This document shows positions 46,411 through 56,176 of a DNA stretch of 64,000 nt, one piece after another. The DNA is from an uncultured Methylomirabilota bacterium. GTDB taxonomy: Bacteria > Methylomirabilota > Methylomirabilia > Methylomirabilales > 2-02-FULL-66-22. Within the stretch, counting starts at the first letter, position 1. Every line of letters begins with the position of its first letter. The stretch spans positions 3,424,001-3,488,000 of the forward strand of contig OY970067.1 in the NCBI GenBank assembly GCA_963705305.1, given 5' to 3'. Under the pieces are notes generated by a model, which ran no database searches, had not been told where the DNA came from, and saw only the letters and a list, made by a program, of their open reading frames with translations. The translations under genes and the position numbers were made by a program.

Positions 46411-47367
46411 TCAGGCCGCGTCCTTGGCGGCGCGATCGCGGATCAGTTCGGGCGGAAGGGCGAAGTTGACCTCCTCGGTGACGGCCTCGACCTCCTCGAT
46501 CTCGGACACTCCCCGGGTGCGGAAAAATCGGACGACTTCCTCCACCAGATACTCGGGGGCGGAGGCTCCCGCTGTGATGCCCAGGGACTCCACGTTCTCG
46601 ATCCAGGCGGGGTCGATCTGCGACATGTCGTCGATGAGGTACGCCCGCGCGCCGGCGTCCCGGGCGACCTCGGCCAGCCGGTTGCTGTTGGAGCTGTTCT
46701 TGGAGCCGATGACCAGGATCACCGGGACACGCATGGCCAGCGCCTTGACGGCCTGCTGCCGGTTCTGGGTGGCGTAGCAGATGTCGTCCTTGGCCGGGGC
46801 GGAAAGGTTGGAGAAGCGCTGGCGCAGCGCGCCGATGACCGAGGACGTGTCGTCCAGGCTCAGCGTCGTCTGGGTGATGACGGCGACGCGCTCCGGTTCG
46901 GAGATCTGAAGGGTCTGGGCTTCCTCGACCGACCCGATCAGGTGGATGTGCTCGGGCGCGTGTCCCATGGTGCCGACGACCTCATCGTGCCCCTCGTGGC
47001 CCACCAGGACGATGGGGCGCCCTTCGCGGGCAAATCGGATCGCCTCGTGATGCACCTTGGTGACCAGCGGGCAGGTGGCGTCGATCACCTTGAGGCCCCG
47101 GGCCGCTGCCTGCTCCCGGACCTCGGGGGAGACGCCATGGGCGCTGAAGATGACCGTCGCCCCGTCCGGGACCTCGTCCAGCTCGTCCACGAAGATGGCG
47201 CCTTTGGCGCGGAGCTCGTTCACGACATGGACGTTGTGCACGATCTCCTTGCGGACGTAGACGGGCCCCGGGTACAACTCGAGCGCGAGATTAACGACGT
47301 CTATCGCACGATCGACCCCGGCACAGAAGCCTCGCGGCTTGGCCAGGAACAGCTTTCTGACCGGCAT
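46411..47367 (-). CDS. ispH: 4-hydroxy-3-methylbut-2-enyl diphosphate reductase
   Basis: PRGFCAGV, IVHN, DATCPLV, QTTLS, DICYATQNRQ, SSNSNRL, TAGASAPE. Confidence 0.97.
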   Translation of the reverse strand: MPVRKLFLAKPRGFCAGVDRAIDVVNLALELYPGPVYVRKEIVHNVHVVNELRAKGAIFVDELDEVPDGATVIFSAHGVSPEVREQAAARGLKVIDATCPLVTKVHHEAIRFAREGRPIVLVGHEGHDEVVGTMGHAPEHIHLIGSVEEAQTLQISEPERVAVITQTTLSLDDTSSVIGALRQRFSNLSAPAKDDICYATQNRQQAVKALAMRVPVILVIGSKNSSNSNRLAEVARDAGARAYLIDDMSQIDPAWIENVESLGITAGASAPEYLVEEVVRFFRTRGVSEIEEVEAVTEEVNFALPPELIRDRAAKDAA

Positions 47368-47417
47368 GACCACTCCCTCGAGATGGGTGAGATTGGGTGA
47401 CATGGCCTGCAAAATGG

Positions 47418-47446
47418 AGGCTATTCATTTTGCCGGAGGTTGTCAA
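47418..47446 (-). promoter_or_regulatory. Putative sigma70 promoter of ispH-hpnD
   Basis: TTGACA-N17-TAGCCT on the minus strand. Confidence 0.55.
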
Positions 47447-47517
47447 CCACTATTGTCCTGATCCATCGCCGCGGGGGCCGGCTTTCCGATCGGCTGCGGC
47501 CGGGCGGCGGCGGGCGA

Positions 47518-47546
47518 TTGACAGGCCTCGGATTCCCCCGTATAAA
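47518..47546 (+). promoter_or_regulatory. Sigma70 promoter of the ABC-2 operon
   Basis: TTGACA-N17-TATAAA. Confidence 0.7.
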
Positions 47547-47638
47547 GGCGACGAGGCCGCTTTCAGGAGGAGCGCCGGCGCGGCGGGGGTGCCGGGAGGG
47601 CGAGCGGGGGCGGCGCTGGGAGCGGGGTGTCATCCGAG

Positions 47639-48580
47639 ATGGACCTGGCCATCGACACGACGAATTTGAGCCGTCAATTCGGCACGGTGCAGGCGGTGTC
47701 GAATCTCTGCCTCCACGTCCGGACGGGGGAGATCTTCGGATTTTTGGGTCCCAACGGCGCGGGCAAGACGACCACCATCCGCATGCTGTGCGGACTCCTC
47801 CTGCCCAGCGCGGGCACAGCCCGGGTGGCGGGATTGGATGTCTCCCTGGACCCTGAGGGGGTGAAGCGCCGCGTCGGGTACATGCCCCAACGGTTCAGCC
47901 TGTACGGGGACCTGACGGTCGGGGAGAATCTGGATTTCTTCGCCGGGGCGTACCGGCTCTCGGGACGCCGGCGGCGGCAGATGGTGGCGGAGACGTTGGA
48001 GCGGGTGGGGCTGGCCGAACGGCGTCGGGAGCTGACGGATCACCTCTCGGGCGGGTTGAAGCAGCGCCTGGCGCTAGGCTGCGCCCTGGTGCACGCCCCG
48101 ATCCTCCTGTTCCTGGATGAGCCCACGGCCGGCGCCGACCCCGCCTCGCGCCAGCGGATTTGGGACCTGCTGTACGAGGTGGGGGCGGAGGGCCGCACCA
48201 TCCTGGTTACGACCCATTATGTGGAGGAGGCGGAGCGCTGCCAGACCATCGGGTTCATGCATCGGGGGCGCCTGATCGCCTCCGGGTCGCCCGAGCGCTG
48301 CAAGGCGGAGCTGCGCGACGTCATCCTGGAGGTGGACGCCGCCCCCATCATGCCGGCCGCGGCGGCGGCGCGGGCGCTGGCCGGGGTGGCCGGGGTCACG
48401 GTCTACGGACGCACGCTCAGGGTGTTCAGCCGGGCCTCCGCCGATCTGGCCCAGCCGCTGCAAACGGCGCTGGCGGCCCGCGGGGTCGCGGTGCGCGGCC
48501 TGCGGACCGTGGCGCCCACGCTGGAGGATGTGTTCATGTCGCTCACCCGGGGGCTCCCGGAGGAGACGGAGGACTCATAG
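47639..48580 (+). CDS. ABC-2 type exporter ATP-binding protein
   Basis: GPNGAGKTT, LSGG, LFLDEPT, TTHY; alternative start 47627. Confidence 0.93.
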   Translation: MDLAIDTTNLSRQFGTVQAVSNLCLHVRTGEIFGFLGPNGAGKTTTIRMLCGLLLPSAGTARVAGLDVSLDPEGVKRRVGYMPQRFSLYGDLTVGENLDFFAGAYRLSGRRRRQMVAETLERVGLAERRRELTDHLSGGLKQRLALGCALVHAPILLFLDEPTAGADPASRQRIWDLLYEVGAEGRTILVTTHYVEEAERCQTIGFMHRGRLIASGSPERCKAELRDVILEVDAAPIMPAAAAARALAGVAGVTVYGRTLRVFSRASADLAQPLQTALAARGVAVRGLRTVAPTLEDVFMSLTRGLPEETEDS

Positions 48581-48582
48581 CG

Positions 48583-49728
48583 GTGCTGTCGGTTATCATC
48601 CACATGTCACTCAAGGAGCTCCGCCAGATCCTGCGGGATCGGCGGACCCTCATTCTGATTCTGGTGATGCCCATCCTGCTGACCTTCCTTTTCGGCAAGG
48701 CGCTGGAGACCGGCGAACTGCGCCAGATCCCCTCGGTGATCCTGAACCTGGACGGATCCCCGGAGAGCAACGTCATCGCCACCGCGTTCAGCACCTATGA
48801 CGAGGTCGACATTCGGCGGGAGGTGCACTCGCTGAAGGAGGCGCAGGATCTCATGGCGCAGGGGAAGATCAAGGCGGCCATCATCATCCCGAAGGGGTTC
48901 ATGCGGGATATCGAGGCCGGCCGGGAGGCCCAGCTCCAACTCTTGTTGGACGGGACCGATAACAGCTCGGCCCCCATCGTGGAGGGGGTGGCGCAGCGGG
49001 TGATCCAGCGCTACAACGCGCAGCAGGCGATCAAGGGGCTGTGGGAGCGAGGGGTGCGCCCGGACCGCGGCCTGCGGCTCATCCAGCCCGTCTATGTGCA
49101 GACCGAGATCCGCTACAACCCCGGCCTCCAGTATCTGGGCTATGTCATGCCCGGGGTCATCGGGCTGACCTTGCAGCTGATCACCGTGATGCTGATGGCC
49201 ATCACCATCCCGCGCGAGCGCGAGCGGGGGACGCTGGACCAGCTCATGGCGACGCCCATCACCCGGACCGAGCTGATCCTCGGCAAGCTGCTCCCCTACT
49301 TCGGCATCTCGCTCCTCAACGTGGCCACCATCCTGTACGTCGCGGACCGCTGGTTCAACATCGCGGTGGGAGGACAGCTGTCGCTGCTGCTGAGCCTCTG
49401 CGCGCTGTTCGTCCTCTCCTCCCTGGCCACCGGCCTGCTCATCTCGGCGGTGTCGCGCTCCCAGTTTCAGGCGGTGCAGATCGCGGTGTTCTATGTGCTC
49501 CCCGTGTTCCTTCTCTCCGGGGCTTATGCCCCCATCGAGGCCATCCCGGAGTACATCCGACCCATCTCCTACCTGTTCCCTCTGATGTATTTCTCGCGAG
49601 CGGTCCGCGCCGTGACCCTGCGCGGGGCGGACATCCTGCTGGTCTGGAAGGACCTGACCATCCTGGGAGGATTCGCGGTCGTCTTCCTCTACTGGGCCAT
49701 TCTGGCCTTTCACAAGCGGGTGGCGTAG
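48583..49728 (+). CDS. ABC-2 type permease (YbhR/YbhS-like)
   Basis: KELRQILRDRR, RYNP, RERERGTLDQL..TP, GKLLPY. Confidence 0.92.
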   Translation: MLSVIIHMSLKELRQILRDRRTLILILVMPILLTFLFGKALETGELRQIPSVILNLDGSPESNVIATAFSTYDEVDIRREVHSLKEAQDLMAQGKIKAAIIIPKGFMRDIEAGREAQLQLLLDGTDNSSAPIVEGVAQRVIQRYNAQQAIKGLWERGVRPDRGLRLIQPVYVQTEIRYNPGLQYLGYVMPGVIGLTLQLITVMLMAITIPRERERGTLDQLMATPITRTELILGKLLPYFGISLLNVATILYVADRWFNIAVGGQLSLLLSLCALFVLSSLATGLLISAVSRSQFQAVQIAVFYVLPVFLLSGAYAPIEAIPEYIRPISYLFPLMYFSRAVRAVTLRGADILLVWKDLTILGGFAVVFLYWAILAFHKRVA

Positions 49729-49881
49729 CAGGCTGTTCAAAAAGGCCCATCTGCTGCGTTGGTCCGCTCGGGCACTTGCTGCGGCGTACTGGAAGTACGC
49801 CTCACTCGGCCCTTTGCGGACCGCCTTGCATCTGGGCCTTTTTGAACAGCCTGAGCGAAGGGGCAGACTTTCCGCATCCTG
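49729..49881 (+). mobile_element. MITE family A copy 4 (minimal form without passenger modules)
   Basis: CAGGCTGTTCAAAAAGGCCCA...TGGGCCTTTTTGAACAGCCTG perfect 21-bp inverted repeat, then degenerate TTTCCGCATCCTG; starts right after the permease TAG. Confidence 0.85.
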
Positions 49882-49914
49882 CCTGGTGAGGTGTGCGGCC
49901 GGACCGGGAGGGAG

Positions 49915-51036
49915 TCAGCCGGCCAGGACGTCCCGGTAGTAGCTCTCGTACTGCGGAACGATCAGCTCGCTGTCGAACTGTGTGACGGCCCGCGCGCGCG
50001 CAGCCGCTCGGAACTCGGCGTGGCGGGCGGAATCCTGCAGTAGGCAGAGGGCGGCGCGGGCCATCCCCTCCACGTCCCCGACCTCCAGCAGAAAGCCGCT
50101 TTTTCCATCTTCCACCACCTCCGGCACCCCGCCCACCCGTGTCCCGATGACGGGGACGCCGCAGCTCATGGCCTCCAGCGCGGCCAGGCCGAAGGCCTCC
50201 TCCTCGCTGGGCAGCAGTAGGAGATCCGCCACGGACAGCAGGCTCTCCACGTCATCCTGCTTTCCGAGGAAGATCACGTCCTGGGCCACGCCCAGCGTCT
50301 GGGCCAGGTGAAGGGCCTGCGGCCGGTCCTGCCCGTCCCCGATGAGCAGCAGGCGGGCGGGCATCGTGGCCCGCAGGGCGGCGAACACCCGCACGGCGTC
50401 GGGGACGCGCTTGACCGAACGGAAGTTGGAGAGGTGGACCAGGATCCGCTCCCGCCGGGGGGCGAGGTGCTCGCGCAGGGTGGGACGGTCCGCCGGCGCG
50501 AAACGCCGGGTGTCCACAAAATTGGGAATGACCTTGAGGGGGCGCGCCAGGTCGAAGACCTCCCGCGTCCTGGCGGCGAGGTAGTGCGAGACGCAGGTCA
50601 CCCCGTCGGACTGTTCCAGGGCGAAACGGGTCATGGGGAAGAGCGACCGGTCGTTTCCCACCAGCGTGATGTCCGTCCCGTGCAGGGTGGTGACGATCTT
50701 CGGCCGCGCCCGGCCAAGGATGGACTTGGCCAGGAAGGCCGAGACGGCGTGCGGGATGGCGTAGTGCACATGGAACAGATCGAGTCCGCTCTGGCTCCCG
50801 ACCTCGGACATCTTGGCGGCCAGGGCGATGGCGTAGGGCGGATGCTCGAGGAGCGGGTAGTTCACCATCTCCACTTCGTGGAAGAAGATATGCTCGTCGT
50901 AGTGCTGCAGGCGAAAGGGCAGGGCGTAGCTGATGAAGTGGACCTGATGCTGCCGCTGGGCCATGGCCTTGCCCAGCTCGGTGGCGACGACGCCGCTCCC
51001 CCCGTAGGTGGGGTAGCAGGTGATTCCGATCTTCAT
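49915..51036 (-). CDS. bshA: N-acetyl-alpha-D-glucosaminyl L-malate synthase
   Basis: MKIGITCYPTYGGSGVVATELG, HVHYAIPHA, TTLHGTDITLVG, SNFRSVKR. Confidence 0.96.
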   Translation of the reverse strand: MKIGITCYPTYGGSGVVATELGKAMAQRQHQVHFISYALPFRLQHYDEHIFFHEVEMVNYPLLEHPPYAIALAAKMSEVGSQSGLDLFHVHYAIPHAVSAFLAKSILGRARPKIVTTLHGTDITLVGNDRSLFPMTRFALEQSDGVTCVSHYLAARTREVFDLARPLKVIPNFVDTRRFAPADRPTLREHLAPRRERILVHLSNFRSVKRVPDAVRVFAALRATMPARLLLIGDGQDRPQALHLAQTLGVAQDVIFLGKQDDVESLLSVADLLLLPSEEEAFGLAALEAMSCGVPVIGTRVGGVPEVVEDGKSGFLLEVGDVEGMARAALCLLQDSARHAEFRAAARARAVTQFDSELIVPQYESYYRDVLAG

Positions 51037-51094
51037 GGCCGCCTCTCCGCGCGGCGCGGCAGATCGCGGGCGGGCCGCCGCGTTCGCGATGGGC

Positions 51095-52723
51095 TCAGGC
51101 GCCGCGCAGGCTCACCAGCTGGTGATCCCATCCGGGCCCGTCGATGTGGCGGCCGAGGACGGCCAGGAATGCCGGGCCGTACTTGGCCAGGTAGGGCAGG
51201 GCGGGCAAACCCCGCTCCTGCGGCTTGCCGCCGGGCATGAGGGCCTCCCGGACGCGCTGCACCTGCTGGCGGGTCTCGCCCTCCCGCCGCTTCAAGGCCT
51301 GAACGACCTTGCGCTCCAGCTGGTCCAGATGCCCCTTCAGGTGTCCTGCCGTCTGGCCCACGGTGGCCTGCAGGGTCGGGTCGATCCCGGAGACGACCGC
51401 CCCCACGCCCCGGAAGATCTCCTCCAGGTCGGCTCGCGCCCGGGTCAGGGTGGTCTCGGCGTCCGGAGGGAACTGGGCGCGCAGCACGCGACTGGCAAGC
51501 TGCTCCGGCTCCAGCACCAGGTCCGGCAGCTCCAGGTGGAACCGCTCCATGAATTGGGCGATGCGGGGCTCCACCAGGGTCAGGGTGGCGCGCGGCAGCA
51601 CCAGCGGCATGGGGACCTGGAACGCCTCGTACACCGGCCGGAGCTGGGCGAAGTAGCTCAGCTCTCCGGGGCCGGCCACGTAGGCCAGCGTCGGAAAGAG
51701 GGAGTCCTGGACGATGGGCCGCAGGGCCACGTTGGGACTCAGCCGCTCGGGCTGCGCCTCGGCCAGCCGGAGCAGCTCCGCGGCGGGCATGGGGGCGGCG
51801 CGGTCGCGCACCCGGAACGCCGATCCGTCGCGGGTCAGCGCCCGCCGCCCCTCGTCCAACAGAAAGCAGTTCACCCCGTCGGGACGCGCCTCGATCTGGG
51901 CCGGGTACCCCAGGTGCCCCAGGGACCGGCTGACCTGCAGGATCGCTTGCGACGAGCGGGGGGCGGTCTCCAGCTCCTGGCGAAATACGCCCGCGGCCAG
52001 TCGCTTCAGCGCCGGGTCTGCGGCATCCACCAGCACCAAGCCGGTATCTCCCAGGAGGTGGACCATCCAGCAGGCGAAGGCGTCCGCCAGCGTGCGCTCG
52101 GGCGTGTATGCCCGGGTCAGCGCCTCCCGGAGTGGAGAGAGGAGGTCGGTCGCCGGCAGGAGGTCCCAGGCCTGACGCAGCGTCTCCTGAACGGCCGTGC
52201 CCAACCGGAGGACGGACGGCATGAATCCTTCCGGGTTCTCCCACTGCGTGTGGCGAAGGGTGACCAGGGTGCCGCTGCGATCCAGGAGGTGGATGTGGTC
52301 CGCCTCGGCCACGTCGTGGTCCTCCGAGGCCATCCAGAACAGGGGGACCACCGGCCGCCCGAGCGTATGGCGGAACCGCTCGGCCAGCGCGACGGCGGTG
52401 AGGGCCTTGTACAGAGTGTACAGCGGCCCGCCGAAGAGGCCGGTCTGCTGCCCGGTCACCACGGCCAGCGTGCCCGGCTGGGCCAGCTCCGCGATGCGCT
52501 GCCGGACGATGGCCGGGATGCCCCAGGCCGCGTGGCGAGCCAGGAGCGCCGCCTGCAGCCCGCTCCGGCGGTAGGTGCGGGCCACGCAGGTTTCGGCCTG
52601 GCGGTGCGGCGAGTCGGGGTCATGGGGGTCCCAGGCGTAGAAGGGGGCCAGCGTCGAGAACGCATGGGCGTAGTCGCGAACGAGCGGAGAGAACCCCGGG
52701 AGTTGCCGGATGTCGAGGTGCAT
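51095..52723 (-). CDS. bshC: Bacillithiol biosynthesis cysteine-adding enzyme
   Basis: VVTGQQTGLFGGPLY..YK, FWMASEDHD, SPNVALRP, GPGELSY.AQL, PQER; start approximate. Confidence 0.94.
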   Translation of the reverse strand: MHLDIRQLPGFSPLVRDYAHAFSTLAPFYAWDPHDPDSPHRQAETCVARTYRRSGLQAALLARHAAWGIPAIVRQRIAELAQPGTLAVVTGQQTGLFGGPLYTLYKALTAVALAERFRHTLGRPVVPLFWMASEDHDVAEADHIHLLDRSGTLVTLRHTQWENPEGFMPSVLRLGTAVQETLRQAWDLLPATDLLSPLREALTRAYTPERTLADAFACWMVHLLGDTGLVLVDAADPALKRLAAGVFRQELETAPRSSQAILQVSRSLGHLGYPAQIEARPDGVNCFLLDEGRRALTRDGSAFRVRDRAAPMPAAELLRLAEAQPERLSPNVALRPIVQDSLFPTLAYVAGPGELSYFAQLRPVYEAFQVPMPLVLPRATLTLVEPRIAQFMERFHLELPDLVLEPEQLASRVLRAQFPPDAETTLTRARADLEEIFRGVGAVVSGIDPTLQATVGQTAGHLKGHLDQLERKVVQALKRREGETRQQVQRVREALMPGGKPQERGLPALPYLAKYGPAFLAVLGRHIDGPGWDHQLVSLRGA

Positions 52724-52843
52724 CAGCGTGTGTCCATTAGTCACTTGCCTATTGGCAGGTTGCTGAAAAACCCCTTTAGCCGCCTGAGGGTAGCAGAGCA
52801 ACACGGGAACGGCAAGGCGGGGGCACGGGTGCAACGTTGCGGG

Positions 52844-53121
52844 CTAGTCACATGTGTCCGAAATCTGCCGACTTTCGCCCCGGCTCCGCGCCGCGGCACC
52901 TAGGGTCTACACCCACCCTTCGGGCGGGTACCCGGAACCGGCCAGCCTTGCTCCGGCGGCGATGCCCCGGGAGGGCACGCCGCGCCGCGGAGCGCCTGTC
53001 GATAGGCCACGTGGTTCCTGCGAGGCCGCGGCGACCGGACCCGGCTGGCCCGCGGACCCGGTGCCTTGGTGCAGAGCCGGAGCTCAAGATAAGTAAGAGG
53101 ATTTCGGACAGGGTACACTAG
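52844..53121. mobile_element. MITE family B-like long palindromic element
   Basis: CTAGT....TGTCCGAAATC / GATTTCGGACA....ACTAG ends; nested inverted arms CCGGCTCCGCGCCGCGGCACC / GGTGCCTTGGTGCAGAGCCGG and GGCCAGCC / GGCTGGCC; right-end CTAG contains the upstream gene's stop. Confidence 0.72.
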
Positions 53122-53786
53122 GGATGGCGCGCGAGGAAGGCGGCCGTCCACGGACAGCGATGGGGAGCGGAGGCCAGTTCCGCCTGCAGCCGGACGAGGT
53201 CCGCGGACGTGTCCACATCGAACCAAGGGTCGAGCAGGCGCACGGAAAGCCCGGCCCCCGAAGCCTGCGCCAGGGTCTGTTCCAGGACGCCGATCGTGCC
53301 CCAGGCGATCTCCTCGAAGAGCCTCGGGGCTGGGCGGCGGAGGCCCACCAGGTAGTATCCCCCGTCCTCGGAAGGTCCCAGCACGACATCGACGGCCGCC
53401 GTCCGCAGACAGCGGACGGCGGCTGCCAGATGCGCGTCGGGGAGGTTCGGGCTGTCGGTTCCGATGATCACCACGCCGGCGTGGCCGCGGCAGAGCAGGT
53501 CTCGGGCAAGACAGTCAAGACGCGTCCCCAGGATGCCGTCTGCCTGCGTGAGGAGGTGGATGCGGGGACCGGCGAGGCGGCGGAAGTACCCCTCGGCCTC
53601 CGGCGGGGTGTAGGCCAGATAGGGGCTCGCTCCCTCCAGGCGGTCCAGCTGGGCGATCTTGTCCAGGAGAAAGGCCCGGGAGAGATCGGCAGCCTCCTGG
53701 AGGGACAGCGGAGGGCAGAGCCGCGTCTTGACCCGGCCGGGCGCCGGTTCCTTGGCCATGACCGCAACCGCGACCGTCAACGCCAT
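53118..53786 (-). CDS. TIGR04282/DUF2064 family glycosyltransferase-like protein
   Basis: MAKEPAPGRVKTRL, Q..G.LG.RL, IIGTDSP, VLGPSEDGGYYLVG, WFDVDT..DL. Confidence 0.9.
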   Translation of the reverse strand: MALTVAVAVMAKEPAPGRVKTRLCPPLSLQEAADLSRAFLLDKIAQLDRLEGASPYLAYTPPEAEGYFRRLAGPRIHLLTQADGILGTRLDCLARDLLCRGHAGVVIIGTDSPNLPDAHLAAAVRCLRTAAVDVVLGPSEDGGYYLVGLRRPAPRLFEEIAWGTIGVLEQTLAQASGAGLSVRLLDPWFDVDTSADLVRLQAELASAPHRCPWTAAFLARHP

Positions 53787-54057
53787 CCCCCGCGACCACC
53801 GCGTGTCTTTTCGACAGCGGAAAAGACGACCCCCGTGCCATGCTAGCCGTATTGTGGAGCCAAGGTCAAGACGCAGCCGGGGATGGATTGGCGGCGCCCC
53901 GGAGAATCCGGGAACCTTCCCCCGCAACACGTGTCAAACATGACAGGAGGACAACAGTAAGGACGGCGGACCGCCCACGACCGCCGCGGCCGGGGTGTCA
54001 GGGAAGGCGCTTCCATCCAGAGCGCGACCGGATTCCTCAAAGAGGTCGCGCTTTTTC

Positions 54058-54087
54058 TTGACGGGTGTTTTCTCGATTTGCTATAAA
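54058..54087 (+). promoter_or_regulatory. Putative sigma70 promoter of the tol-pal operon
   Basis: TTGACG-N18-TATAAA with extended -10 TG. Confidence 0.6.
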
Positions 54088-54107
54088 GGACCAATGGGTC
54101 CAGCTCG

Positions 54108-54827
54108 ATGAACGCAGCCACTCTTGTCCTCCAAGCCGGGGTCGTCGTCAAGGTCGTCCTCACCGTCCTGCTGTTTTTCTCTCTCACCTGCTGGACCATC
54201 ATCTTTCTGAAGCTCCGGGCGCTCGGCCGGGCGGACCGGCAGGACGGGCGGTTCCTGAGGCTGTTTCGGGACAGCAAGAATTTGTATGCGGCCTTCGAGG
54301 AAAGCCGGCGCTTCCCCCAGAGCCCGTTGGCAGCCCTTTTCCGTGAGAGCTACCGCGAGCTGAGCCTGGCCGTCAAGGGCGGACCGGCGGGGGGCGCAAA
54401 TCCCGGGACGGCGGACGCCTCGAGCCGCGGGCTGGAGCTGCCGCCGGAGGACCTGCTCTCGCGAATCACACGCACCCTGCGCCACGCCAGCCTGCGGGAG
54501 ATTGCGGCCCTCGAGCGGGCGCTGATGTTTCTGGCCACGACGGGGAACACCACCCCCTTCATTGGGCTGTTCGGGACGGTCTGGGGCATCATGGATGCGT
54601 TCCACAGCATCGGGATCACCGGCTCCGCCAACCTGGGGGCGGTGGCGCCCGGCATCGCCGAGGCGCTCATCACCACGGCCGCCGGGCTGGTCGTGGCCAT
54701 TCCGGGGGTCATCGCCTACAACTACTTTCTCAACCGGATCAAAGGGGCGGCCACGCGTATGGATCTGTTCGCCCTCGAGTTCATTGGGATGGCCGAACGG
54801 ATCATCCTCAAATCGGGACGGCAGTGA
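54108..54827 (+). CDS. tolQ: Tol-Pal proton channel TolQ
   Basis: FLATTG..TPFIGLFGTVWGIM, VAPGIAEAL..TA.GL; operon context. Confidence 0.94.
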   Translation: MNAATLVLQAGVVVKVVLTVLLFFSLTCWTIIFLKLRALGRADRQDGRFLRLFRDSKNLYAAFEESRRFPQSPLAALFRESYRELSLAVKGGPAGGANPGTADASSRGLELPPEDLLSRITRTLRHASLREIAALERALMFLATTGNTTPFIGLFGTVWGIMDAFHSIGITGSANLGAVAPGIAEALITTAAGLVVAIPGVIAYNYFLNRIKGAATRMDLFALEFIGMAERIILKSGRQ

Positions 54828-54874
54828 GCGCGCCGCTCTCGGTCTCCACGGGTTCCAGATGAGGCGGGACGGCC

Positions 54875-55309
54875 ATGGCGCCCAGAGCGATTGAGCCCGG
54901 CGGCGAGAGCCGGTTGGGGCCTGCCCTGGCGGAGATCAACGTCACGCCCTTCGTGGATGTGGTGCTGGTTCTGCTGGTCATCTTCCTGATCACCGCCCCG
55001 ATGATGCTGGGGGGCATCGACGTTCGGGTGCCCAAGACCGAGACCCAGACGGTTCGCCCGGACGAGCGTTTGGTCCTCACGGTCACCCGGGATCGGGGGG
55101 TCTTCCTGGAGAATCAGCCCATCAGCCTGTCCCGGCTGTCGGCGGTCCTGCGTGGCATGGTCCGCCGGAACCCCAAGGCGGCGGTCTTCCTGAAGGCGGA
55201 CGAGGCCGTGAGCTACGGGGTTGTGATGAAGGTCATGGATGTGGTGAAGAAGGCCGGGATCGACCGCGTCGGCATGGTGACCGAGCCGGTCAGGTCGAGC
55301 GGGGGATGA
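54875..55309 (+). CDS. tolR: TolR/ExbD
   Basis: EINVTPFVDVVLVLLVIFLITAP, KADEAVSYG. Confidence 0.93.
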   Translation: MAPRAIEPGGESRLGPALAEINVTPFVDVVLVLLVIFLITAPMMLGGIDVRVPKTETQTVRPDERLVLTVTRDRGVFLENQPISLSRLSAVLRGMVRRNPKAAVFLKADEAVSYGVVMKVMDVVKKAGIDRVGMVTEPVRSSGG

Positions 55310-55312
55310 CCC

Positions 55313-56176
55313 ATGGCGGCTGCGGCCGGGCCACTGCTGGCGCCTGGACCCAAGCCCCGCGAGGTGTGGCTCACCGTCGGCCTGTCGGTGCTGCTCCACG
55401 GGCTACTCACGGGCGTCGTTCTCATTGTTCCGCACTTCCAGATCGGACACTACATCACCGTGCCGGTCACCTACACCGTGAATCTCGTCGACGCCCCGCC
55501 CGGCGAGCAGGCGGCCGGACGATCCCGTCCGGCCACGGCTCCGCCCGCGGCGCCGCCGGCTTCAGCCGCTCCGGCGAGCCGCCCTGTGCCGCCGGCGCCG
55601 GCCGTGGTGCCGCGTTCGGCTCCGGCCAGTCCTCCTCCTGCAGAGGAGCTAACGTTGCCCGGACGGCGCCCCGTCCAGCCGGCCCCGCGGCGGCCGGAGG
55701 CCTCGCTCCGCCTGCCGCCCGCCCGCCCGGCTCCATCGCCGCCGCCGGGCCCGATCCAGATGGGACAGCTCGTCCCTGAGACGCCGCTCACCCCGGCTGC
55801 GCCCGCGCCGACCGTCGCATCGGCGGGGACCGAGGGGTCCAGCGCCAAGACCGGCGGGGCGGAGCTGGTGAAAGAGGGGGCCGGCGGGGGCACCGCGCTG
55901 GCGTATTACCTCACACTGGTGGACCGCAAGATCCAAGACTTCTGGGTTCCCATCGGGGCCGGCAAGGGATCCGAGTCGGTGGTGAGTATCCAGTTTCGCG
56001 TGCTGCGGTCCGGTCAGGTGCAGAACGTGCAGCTGGAGACGAGCTCGGGCGATGCATCGCTGGACGCATCGGCCATGCGGGCCATCCGGCAGAGCATTCC
56101 GCTGCCTCCCTTTCCCAATCTGCTGACCGACCCGTACCTGGACCTTCGATACCGTTTCGTCATGGAGCGTGGATGA
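55313..56176 (+). CDS. tolA: TolA/TonB-like protein
   Basis: TM with SVLLH, Pro-rich linker, C-terminal domain with SSGD..LD.SA.RAI; lies between tolR and tolB. Confidence 0.8.
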   Translation: MAAAAGPLLAPGPKPREVWLTVGLSVLLHGLLTGVVLIVPHFQIGHYITVPVTYTVNLVDAPPGEQAAGRSRPATAPPAAPPASAAPASRPVPPAPAVVPRSAPASPPPAEELTLPGRRPVQPAPRRPEASLRLPPARPAPSPPPGPIQMGQLVPETPLTPAAPAPTVASAGTEGSSAKTGGAELVKEGAGGGTALAYYLTLVDRKIQDFWVPIGAGKGSESVVSIQFRVLRSGQVQNVQLETSSGDASLDASAMRAIRQSIPLPPFPNLLTDPYLDLRYRFVMERG

